Source: Planctomycetota bacterium (lineage in GTDB: Bacteria; Planctomycetota; SZUA-567; H5-PLA8). From it: DNA of 64,000 nt. The notes beneath the pieces were generated by a model. The model made no database searches. It saw only the letters and a list, made by a program, of their open reading frames with translations, and was not told the DNA's origin. The stretch is taken from NCBI GenBank assembly GCA_023150555.1, contig JAKLKQ010000025.1, forward strand, positions 19,069-83,068, written 5' to 3'. Positions 48,090-55,647 of the stretch are shown one piece after another (the stretch's first letter is position 1; every line of letters starts with the position of its first letter). The translations under genes and the position numbers were made by a program.

Positions 48090-49559
48090 TCATCCGACCA
48101 GTACCGGTTCGTCCGGATACCGTACCTTATCCTTTTGCGGCGGTTGGGCCAACGCCACGAAAACGGTCAGCGGGCCCAGCCGTCCGATGTACATCCCGAA
48201 CACCGTCAGCAGTTTGCTGGCGGGCGTCAGGCCCACGGTGGCGCCCGTCGAGAGCCCCACGGTGCCGAAGGCCGAGACGGCTTCGAACATAAGGTCCATG
48301 AATGTTCCGCCGGCGCTCAGCTTGGGCGTGCGATCCGACTCCAGCACCAGGTAGCCGGTGCCCAGTACCGCCAGGCAGCCGAAGGCGATCAGCACCAGCG
48401 TGGCTGCGCGCGTGACCGTCTCGGCGGAGATCTCGCGTCCGAAGGCGACCGGGTGGCGCCGATCCGAAAGCCGCGCCAGCACCAGCCGGTACAGTACGTA
48501 CGCGGTGGTGGTCTTCACGCCGCCGGCGCAGGAGCCCGGGCTGCCGCCGATGAACATCAGCGCCATCAGCACCAGCAGCGCGGTCGGCGCCAGTTGCTGG
48601 ATGTCCACGGTGTTGAAGCCGGCCGTGCGCGCCGTGACAGACTGAAAGAGACTCGGGAGCACGTCGTCGGTCCAGGGGCCTTTATGATGCGGTGTGTGGC
48701 GTATGGCCAGGAACAGCAGCACCGCGCCGATGACGGTCAGGACGAAAGACGTCGAGAGTACGATCTTGCTGTGCAGGCTCAGGCGGTGCTTCCCACGCCG
48801 GCGGACCCACTCGTAGAGGTCGTGCAGGACGAGGAAACCCAGGCCGCCCAAAATGATCAGCGTGATGACGGTCACGTTCACCCCTCCGTCGTGGGTGAAG
48901 GTGCTCAGGTTGCCAGTATCGTGGGCGCCGGGTGAGAAGACCGAGAAGCCTGCATTGCAGAAGGCCGAGACGGAATGGAAGAAGCCGTACCAGACGGCTT
49001 TGCCGAGGGGGAACCCGGTGGGCTGCGCTGCAAAGCAGAAGGTCAGCGCGACGCCGCCGAGGAACTCGACGAGGACAGTCGTGATCAGGATGCTGCGCAG
49101 CAGGCTGCGCGCCTTGTGGTGCCCGCCGCCGGACCACATGCCCGCCAAGGCCTCGCGGTCCAGCAGCGACGAGCGCAGCCCCAGGCTGAGCAGGACGCCC
49201 GTCGAGAGCGTCAGGAAGCCCAGCCCGCCGAGCTGGATCAACACCAGCAGGATGGCCTGCCCGAAGCCGCTCAACTGTGTGCCGACGTCGATGGGCGACA
49301 GCCCCGTCACGCAGACCGCCGAAGTCGAGACATACAGCGCGTCCACCCAGTCCAGGGGCGGCTTCTCCGCCGGTGTGCTCCAAGGCAGTTTCAGCGCCAG
49401 GGCGCCGAGAAGAATGACGGCCAGGAAGCTGAGCAGAATCCGCGCCGTCGGCGAGAGCCGCGAGAAGCGGCGCCCGGGATTCAGGAAGGCCTTGGCGACA
49501 TCGATGGGGGAGGGCGCCCGGTCCGGGAATTTAAAGCGCGCTTTGGAGGCGTTCGTCAT
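48090..49559 (-). CDS. ktrB: K+ transporter membrane subunit (TrkH/KtrB family)
   Basis: 489 aa, four MPM repeats with glycine selectivity signatures: VTGLSP, QLGGLGF, NAGFSV, IGGSPGSCAGG. Confidence 0.85.
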   Translation of the reverse strand: MTNASKARFKFPDRAPSPIDVAKAFLNPGRRFSRLSPTARILLSFLAVILLGALALKLPWSTPAEKPPLDWVDALYVSTSAVCVTGLSPIDVGTQLSGFGQAILLVLIQLGGLGFLTLSTGVLLSLGLRSSLLDREALAGMWSGGGHHKARSLLRSILITTVLVEFLGGVALTFCFAAQPTGFPLGKAVWYGFFHSVSAFCNAGFSVFSPGAHDTGNLSTFTHDGGVNVTVITLIILGGLGFLVLHDLYEWVRRRGKHRLSLHSKIVLSTSFVLTVIGAVLLFLAIRHTPHHKGPWTDDVLPSLFQSVTARTAGFNTVDIQQLAPTALLVLMALMFIGGSPGSCAGGVKTTTAYVLYRLVLARLSDRRHPVAFGREISAETVTRAATLVLIAFGCLAVLGTGYLVLESDRTPKLSAGGTFMDLMFEAVSAFGTVGLSTGATVGLTPASKLLTVFGMYIGRLGPLTVFVALAQPPQKDKVRYPDEPVLVG

Positions 49560-49679
49560 GGCATCGTCTGTGCGCTCTGCCGCCAGCTTCGGCGGGCGTC
49601 ATGTCCGGGTTGCTCGGGGGCTGAAAGAAATATGATACCGCAAGGTCGTGGTCGGCCTGGAATGAAAAAAGCCGAGCGG

Positions 49680-50489
49680 CTAGACGATCGTGGCGTTGCC
49701 TTCGGGCGTGCCGCGGTCGACCAGGCCGCCGAAGGTGCGCCGGCGCTGCGCGTAGTCCTCCAGCGCGAGTCCGAAGTGATCGGCGGTGAAATCCGGCCAG
49801 AGCACGTCCAGGAAAAGCAGTTCGGCGTAGGCCGACTGCCAGAGCAGGAAGTTGCTGAGCCGGCGTTCGCCGGCCGTGCGGATCAGCAGATCAACCGGCG
49901 GCAGTTCGCGCGTGTAGAGCTGCCCTTCCAGCCGAGGGGCGTCGATGGTCTCAGGCGCCAGTTCGCCCGCCGCCGCGGCGCGGGCCAGGCCCTGCATGGC
50001 CTGGATCAGGTCCTCGCGGCCGCCGTAGTTCACCGCCAGATTCAGCGCCAGGCGCGTCTTGCCCGCCGAACGGCGCTCGGCCTCGTCCAGGTTTGCGCGC
50101 ACGTCCTCCGGAAGCCGCGCGCGGTCGCCCAAGAGACGCAGGCGCACGCCCTCTTCTGACAGGCGCGGCGCTTCCACCGCCAGGTAATGGCGGAAGATGC
50201 GCATCAGGCCCTTGATCTCTTCTTCCGGGCGGCGCCAGTTCAGGACGCTGAAGGCGTACAGGCTCAAAACCTCGACGCCGTGGCTCAGCGCCGCGACGAC
50301 CACCTCGCGCACGGCCTCCACGCCCTTCACATGCCCGGCGGGGCGGGGCAAGCCTTTGTTGGTGGCCCAGCGGCCGTTGCCGTCCAGGATGATGGCGACA
50401 TGGCGCGGCAAGCGGCGTTTCTCGGTCTTGGTCCGCGGCTGGGCCGCAGACAGGGTAGGTACCTTGGCGGTGGAACCGGTGGGCGGCAT
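49680..50489 (-). CDS. uppS: undecaprenyl-diphosphate synthase (cis-isoprenyl transferase)
   Basis: HVAIILDGNGRWA, SLYAFSVLNWRRP, RTAGERRLSNFLLWQSAYAEL. Confidence 0.9.
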   Translation of the reverse strand: MPPTGSTAKVPTLSAAQPRTKTEKRRLPRHVAIILDGNGRWATNKGLPRPAGHVKGVEAVREVVVAALSHGVEVLSLYAFSVLNWRRPEEEIKGLMRIFRHYLAVEAPRLSEEGVRLRLLGDRARLPEDVRANLDEAERRSAGKTRLALNLAVNYGGREDLIQAMQGLARAAAAGELAPETIDAPRLEGQLYTRELPPVDLLIRTAGERRLSNFLLWQSAYAELLFLDVLWPDFTADHFGLALEDYAQRRRTFGGLVDRGTPEGNATIV

Positions 50490-50598
50490 GAGCGCGTCGT
50501 TCCTCCAGGTCCTTCGTCGTGTCGAACCCCGAGCCGGCCTGCTGAAAGCGGCCTATCTTGGCGCAGGGTAAACTTTTTTTCACAGCCTGTTCGGGCCG

Positions 50599-51012
50599 CT
50601 ACGGAGCTTCCTGTCCCCGGGCCTTGCGCACCAGCGACTCGAGCTGCTCGAGGTACGCCTGAAACGCCCGGCGTCCGGCAATCGTCAGCTGGACCGTCGT
50701 GGAACTGCCGCGCCCGGCACCGGTTTTGTGGCGTTCCAGAAGGCCCGCATCTTCCAGCGTCCGCAGGTGCGTCAGTAGGTTGCCGTCGGTCAGGCGCAGG
50801 GCGTCGCGCAGATCCAGGAACGAACAGGCGCTCTCGGCGGCCGTCGACAGCGCGGTCAGGATCGTCAGCCGGGTGCGTTCGTGGATTAGCGGATCCAGCG
50901 CGACCAGGCCGTCGGGCTCCGGCGATTCCGTTCGCCGGCGCGTGCGCCGTTCGATCGACGCGTTCGCCTCGGCGGGGGCTGAACTCTCGTTCGTGCGGCT
51001 GCGCGTCTTCAT
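50599..51012 (-). CDS. winged-helix transcriptional regulator (ArsR/SmtB-like)
   Basis: Start at MKTRSRT. IHERTRLTILTAL...LTDGNLLTHLRTLEDAGLLERHKTG matches the ArsR-type recognition helix and wing. Its start overlaps the upstream membrane-protein stop by 4 bp. Confidence 0.55.
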   Translation of the reverse strand: MKTRSRTNESSAPAEANASIERRTRRRTESPEPDGLVALDPLIHERTRLTILTALSTAAESACSFLDLRDALRLTDGNLLTHLRTLEDAGLLERHKTGAGRGSSTTVQLTIAGRRAFQAYLEQLESLVRKARGQEAP

Positions 51013-51716
51013 CGCACGATCCTTTCGGTTCGGGGTTCGGGAAGCAGCTCGTCGTACGCCAAGGGGCTGCGCGCGGCGCGCCTGGGGGCCGTAGCCGGCT
51101 GCGTGCGCAGGACGATCGCGCCGAAGACCAGATGCAGGCCGCCGAAGCCCAGACCCAGCCAGAGCGCCGCATGGCCGGAAGGCGTTAACCATGCCGCCCA
51201 GCCCAGGGCCATGAAGGCCAAGCCCATCACGCGCAGGAAGTGCGGCGCGAAGAAGCTGACCGCGTACAAGCCGCAGCCGTACAGCATCAGCCACAGGCCG
51301 GGCAAGAGGTCGAAGCGTCCAGTCTTCACCAGCACGATGCTCGCACCCAAGCTCGCGAGGGCCGGGCCCAGCAGCGCGCCGAAGGCCGTCCGCGCGATGG
51401 GCGTCCACGGCGGCTCGCCGCGCTGCCGCGCTTTCATCGCCGTGAGCACGAAGAGCCCGCAGGCCGCGACCGTGAAGACCGCCGTCCAGACCTGCAGAAA
51501 GGCGGAGCCGCGCAACGGGTCGGCGCCCGCCCAGCCGGGAAGCTGGCCGCACAAACCGCTGCCCAGCAGAGCCGCCGCGCCGGCCAGGAAACCGGAGCAG
51601 GCGGAGAAAGTGGAGTACCGCGTGGTGCGGTCAATGGCGCTGCGGATGTCATGAAGCGCGCGCAGTGCCTCGTCTTGTGCCAGCGAGGTCGGCAGCAGCA
51701 TGCGGCGGTCGTCCAT
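51009..51716 (-). CDS. integral membrane protein (4-5 TM), co-transcribed with the downstream winged-helix regulator
   Basis: Hydrophobic segments FLAGAAALLGSGL, VFTVAACGLFVLTA, ALLGPALASLGASIVLV, LWLMLYGCGLYAVSFF, GLAFMALGWAAWL. RBS gagga upstream of the ATG at 51716. Confidence 0.55.
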   Translation of the reverse strand: MDDRRMLLPTSLAQDEALRALHDIRSAIDRTTRYSTFSACSGFLAGAAALLGSGLCGQLPGWAGADPLRGSAFLQVWTAVFTVAACGLFVLTAMKARQRGEPPWTPIARTAFGALLGPALASLGASIVLVKTGRFDLLPGLWLMLYGCGLYAVSFFAPHFLRVMGLAFMALGWAAWLTPSGHAALWLGLGFGGLHLVFGAIVLRTQPATAPRRAARSPLAYDELLPEPRTERIVR

Positions 51717-51743
51717 GGGGCCTCGGTCTCCTCGATTTTCTTC

Positions 51744-51760
51744 ACTTTGTATGACAAAGT
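51744..51760. promoter_or_regulatory. perfect 7-3-7 inverted repeat ACTTTGT-atg-ACAAAGT overlapping a TATACT -10-like box upstream of the membrane-protein/regulator operon
   Basis: Read directly from the sequence at 51744..51760. Lies about 30 nt upstream of the operon ATG (51716, minus strand). Confidence 0.45.
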
Positions 51761-51839
51761 ATATCCTCCGGCCGCTTCGCCGGCAACACCTTTTCGGTAA
51801 ATGGCGTGTAAAAGTTGACCGGGAGAGTGCTGCTAGCTG

Positions 51840-52085
51840 TCAGGGCGCCGGTTGGGTTTCCTGGTCCGGTACCTCGGCCAGGGGAATCCGCTCGCTGGTC
51901 TCGTACCCCAGCTTGATGCTCAGGATCCGGGCATTGCCTGCGTCGGTCACGAAGAGGCGGCGGTCGGACTGCGAGGCCAGGGTGGTTGGGCGCAGCAGAG
52001 CCACCTCGAAACCGCCAATGGCGTGCGTCGCGACGCCTCCGTCCTCTCGAACACTGCGAACTAAACGACGGGAGTCTAATAACGC
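51840..52085 (-). pseudogene. C-terminal fragment of an NHL-repeat protein paralog (gene remnant)
   Basis: The minus-strand translation ...HAIGGFEVALLRPTTLASQSDRRLFVTDAGNARILSIKLGYETSERIPLAEVP* aligns with the C-terminus of the 55648..58527 protein (HAIGGDELALMHACYVGLQSDKRAFISDAGNRRIVSVKLGYLSEARVAL). An in-frame stop lies a few codons upstream. No start codon. Confidence 0.55.
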
Positions 52086-52494
52086 CTAACAGAATGAACC
52101 GTGGCTGCGAGGGCCGGAATTCGACATCCAGCCAAGGAGCGAAGCCAAAGCCGTATCGGGGAGATACGGCGTGGCATAGCAACGCAGGCTGGGTGCCGAA
52201 GACCGGCCCTCCCGCAGGGCGGCGAACGGTAGGAGGCTAAGATCGCCGTACCTACCTTGGTAGATTGATTGGATATGGCCATGTATCTCGCTCGCCGTTC
52301 TTTTACCCAGGCCCTTCGCCGCGCATGCCGCGGGGCATTCTGTTAGGTGTTCTAACTTAAGACCCGGACCAAAGACTGGGGGCAGCTCACCGAAGCATCG
52401 CGCGCGGAGTCAAAGAGCGGGTCCTGACTCAGGTAGTTCACCGACCCAGAACCGTACTGTATGCAGCGCACAGTCAAACGTTCAAAGGCATTTA

Positions 52495-53421
52495 TCAATG
52501 CATCATGGTTTTTCCATGGCACTTGGCAGAACAGTGGGACCTCATTGAGCCGAACTGTAATTCCCGTCTGCGGAACTCCCGCGGTGAGAGGCCGAAGACC
52601 TGCTTGAACCTTTTGGAAAAGTGAAACTGATCGTGGAACTCGTAGCGTTTTGCGATCTCCCGAATGGAGCCTTGGGATGCCAGCAGGCTTGCGCCGGCGC
52701 GGCGCAGGATCTCTTCGCTTCGGAACTGGCCGGGCGTCTTTCCCGTCAATTTTAGAAACCTCTTTCGGAAGAGCGAATAGGATACGTTCATCGCCGCGGC
52801 GATTTCGGGCAGCGCCGGATGCAGAAGAGTCCCTTCGGCAATCCTGCGGCAGGCTTCGTCGCGCCAGGCGGCGCTTCCGGCGGTCTGACGGCTTGTGAGC
52901 TGGGACTGCAGCGCCGCGGCGAGAATCTGTTGGAATCGGCAGAGGCGCATGAGCGGCGACTCGGCCGGTGCACTCGAGGCAGGCTGAATGACCTCACGGA
53001 ACCTTTCCACCCAATGGTCCAAGGGTTCCAGCGTCATCAGCCGGCTGCTCGATCCCGGAAATCCGCTGGCCTGCCAGGCGTCGAACACGGGTCCGCCAAA
53101 TCGAACGAACAACTCGCTCCACCGGCTTCCGGGCCGGGGCCCGTAGCTTTGGCCCACGCCCTTGCGAGCCCAAAGCAGCGAGCCTTTGGTCAGACAGGCC
53201 TTCAGCCCGGTGTCGTCGGTGTAATCGGCTTCGCCTTCCAGCGTAAAGACCACTACGTCGTAGGGAGTGCGAAGCAGCGCCGACGGCGGCGAAGCATAGG
53301 CGTAGGTGGCCTGGCTGTCCCACTTGGTCCCGGCGAGTACGATTTCGCCAAGCGGGCAATGGACCGGTTGAACGGCCCAGAGGCTAAAGGGCCTGGAGGA
53401 AGACAGTTTCGCAGTAGCCAT
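52495..53421 (-). CDS. AraC-family transcriptional regulator (N-terminal cupin-like sensor plus C-terminal AraC HTH)
   Basis: C-terminus AAAMNVSYSLFRKRFLKLTGKTPGQFRSEEILRRAGASLL...IAKRYEFHDQFHFSKRFKQVFGLSPREFRR carries the two AraC helix-turn-helix motifs. Start at MATAKL, because the further-upstream Met codons lie in AT-rich promoter-like DNA. Confidence 0.7.
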   Translation of the reverse strand: MATAKLSSSRPFSLWAVQPVHCPLGEIVLAGTKWDSQATYAYASPPSALLRTPYDVVVFTLEGEADYTDDTGLKACLTKGSLLWARKGVGQSYGPRPGSRWSELFVRFGGPVFDAWQASGFPGSSSRLMTLEPLDHWVERFREVIQPASSAPAESPLMRLCRFQQILAAALQSQLTSRQTAGSAAWRDEACRRIAEGTLLHPALPEIAAAMNVSYSLFRKRFLKLTGKTPGQFRSEEILRRAGASLLASQGSIREIAKRYEFHDQFHFSKRFKQVFGLSPREFRRRELQFGSMRSHCSAKCHGKTMMH

Positions 53422-53560
53422 GACATAATATACATAAAAGTGCCAATCTGTCCACAAAGTTACATGGCAGGATGGTCAGAACTTGTTCCATATCAAAAGA
53501 TACATTGTATAGAAGGAACAACGGCATGAGCGGTTCTGTCGGGCCGCTTCAGCCCGGTGC

Positions 53561-55624
53561 ATGAAACGTCTTCAGTTGAGGCTCTTTATGGACCAGGTCC
53601 AGGCGGGAATGAGCAAGGCCGCGCTCGCAGCGCCACGTCCACAGGCTGCGGTTCTTGAGAGCTTGCCGCAGTCCAGCGACTACGCCGTCCATCTTAAGGC
53701 CAATCCGGCTCTCCGGCTGATTCCCAAAGCGAGATTTCATCTCAAGGGCCATATCAAGCAGCGGATCGGGGGCGTGATCGAACAGTGGGTGCTTCCTGCG
53801 CCCTTCTCGAATCCTGCGATGCTCGAGATGCTGAGGCATCCCGACCGTCTTCCGTTGCGGAATCTGGTGCCATGGGCGGGCGAATATGCCGGTAAATACC
53901 TGACCCATGCAACGCTCTTGTACAGGTTGCAGCGGTCGGCTCGGCTCCAGAAGCACTTGTTGTGGTTTGTGGGTGAGTGGACCGGGCTTCAGTCCGCAGA
54001 CGGGTACCTTGGTCCGTGGCCCAAAGCCCAGCGACTGGCCAACTGGGCGTACAATGATCCTGCATCCGAAGGCGGAAAGCGAACCTGGGACACCTGGGGT
54101 CACTACCATGCGATGCTGGGTCTTCTGACTTGGTACCGCGAGACTCGGGATCGAAACGCGTTGCGCGCTGCGCAGCGGATAGGTGACCTGTTCTGCAGAA
54201 TGTTCTTGGATACGGGTGCGCCGCTGGCAGAGACGGGAGCCTCGTTCGCGAACTTGGCGCCCATTCACGCCCTCGTGTTGCTGTACGAGGTGACGGGGGT
54301 CGAGCGCTATTTCAGGATGGCGCTGCAGGTCGAACGCGAATTCGAATTGCCGGGTCGCGGCGATTACATCCGGCAGGCCCTGGATGGCAAGGAATTCTTC
54401 CAGACGCCGGAGCCGCGCTGGGAGAGTCTGCATACGATCATGGCTCTGGCCGAACTTTACTACCTTACGGCGGACACCCGGTACAAGACGGCCTTCGAGC
54501 GGCTCTGGTGGTCGAACGCCCGAACGGACCGCCACAACAACGGCGGATTCTCTTCGGCCGAGAAGGCGCAGGGGGATCCCTACCACGGCGGCGCCATCGA
54601 AACCTGCTGTACGGTGGCCTGGGTGGCCCTGTCCATCGAGATGCTGCGGCTGACCGGAAATCCGGTGGTGGCCGACGAGATCGAACTCAGCACCTTGAAC
54701 GCCGGCATCGGCATGATGAGTCCGACGGGCAGGTGGGTCACCTACAATACGCCGATGGATGGCTGCAAGATCGCCAGTCCCAACGATACGACTTCTTTCC
54801 AAGCAATGCCCGGCCAAGCCGAACTCAACTGCTGCTCGGTTAACGGTCCGCGCATTATGGGGATGATCGGCGAATGGGCGTTGATGGCGCACAATGGAGG
54901 CTTGGCCCTGAACTACTACGGCCCCGGACGCCAGATTGCTCCGCTGCCGTCGGGGAATACCGTGGTCTTTGACCAAAAGACCGACTACCCCAGGCGGGGC
55001 CGCGTCGAGATCGCCATTCGCCCGGACCGGCCCGAACGCTTCGTTCTCTCTCTGCGCATCCCGCATTGGTCGAAGGCCACGCGCGTCCGCGTCAATGGCA
55101 AACTCCTCGATTCGGTGCCATGCGGTGCGTACCTGCGCCTAGACCGGCAATGGAAGAGAGGCGACGCGATCTCGATCATGTTCGATTTCCGGCTGCATTA
55201 TTGGGTGAGAGAGGACTGCCGCGGCAATTGCGGCACACCGGCCTGTGGCGATGTAGCGGCGGCGCAAAAAGACCCCAGCGCGCGCGAACACCTGGCATCC
55301 ATCTTCCGAGGGCCGATTCTGCTGGCTTTCGATCCGCGGTACAACGGAAGCGCGGACCTGCCTAAGCTGGATGCCGAGCGATTGGAAGCACGGGTGTCCA
55401 AATCCGGTACATGGCTGGAACCCTGGCTGCTGTTAGAATGCCGAGCCGCCTCCGGTCATACGGTCTGCCTGTGCGACTTCGGCAGCGCGGGCGCCGCAGG
55501 CGATGGCTACCGCTCCTGGCTCCCGGTGCGGTTCCCGCGAAGCCCGAGCGCCGCGTTCTCCTGTGAGAATCCACTGCGCAGTGAGCGGTTCGAGGAAACC
55601 GAGGTAGGCTGGTGGGACGAGTAA
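53561..55624 (+). CDS. glycoside hydrolase family 127-like (DUF1680, beta-L-arabinofuranosidase HypBA1 family)
   Basis: 687 aa. GHYHAMLGLL, an alpha/alpha-barrel region, and IETCCTVAW containing the conserved E-T-C of GH127 (Cys nucleophile). Divergently transcribed from the AraC regulator. Confidence 0.65.
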   Translation: MKRLQLRLFMDQVQAGMSKAALAAPRPQAAVLESLPQSSDYAVHLKANPALRLIPKARFHLKGHIKQRIGGVIEQWVLPAPFSNPAMLEMLRHPDRLPLRNLVPWAGEYAGKYLTHATLLYRLQRSARLQKHLLWFVGEWTGLQSADGYLGPWPKAQRLANWAYNDPASEGGKRTWDTWGHYHAMLGLLTWYRETRDRNALRAAQRIGDLFCRMFLDTGAPLAETGASFANLAPIHALVLLYEVTGVERYFRMALQVEREFELPGRGDYIRQALDGKEFFQTPEPRWESLHTIMALAELYYLTADTRYKTAFERLWWSNARTDRHNNGGFSSAEKAQGDPYHGGAIETCCTVAWVALSIEMLRLTGNPVVADEIELSTLNAGIGMMSPTGRWVTYNTPMDGCKIASPNDTTSFQAMPGQAELNCCSVNGPRIMGMIGEWALMAHNGGLALNYYGPGRQIAPLPSGNTVVFDQKTDYPRRGRVEIAIRPDRPERFVLSLRIPHWSKATRVRVNGKLLDSVPCGAYLRLDRQWKRGDAISIMFDFRLHYWVREDCRGNCGTPACGDVAAAQKDPSAREHLASIFRGPILLAFDPRYNGSADLPKLDAERLEARVSKSGTWLEPWLLLECRAASGHTVCLCDFGSAGAAGDGYRSWLPVRFPRSPSAAFSCENPLRSERFEETEVGWWDE

Positions 55625-55647
55625 CCCATCACGCGAAGGAGATCGCC

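Noticed and set aside
52060-52490. candidate structured ncRNA (tmRNA, RNase P RNA, SRP RNA, cobalamin riboswitch) in the long non-coding gap
   Set aside because: I searched by eye for the tmRNA 5' GGGG...GGAUUCGACGGG region and an ANDxxALAA tag reading frame, for RNase P P4 (AGGAAAGUCCGG / ACAGAAAGUGCCACAG), for the SRP GGUGCUGUUUACC motif and for a B12 box. None are present. Part of the gap is explained by the NHL gene fragment. An Rfam scan is still advisable.
53422-53457. earlier Met codons (MWTDWHFYVYYV) as the start of the AraC regulator
   Set aside because: These codons lie in AT-rich, promoter-like DNA (tttatgtatattatgtc) and encode an implausible aromatic stretch. The start was moved to MATAKL at 53421.
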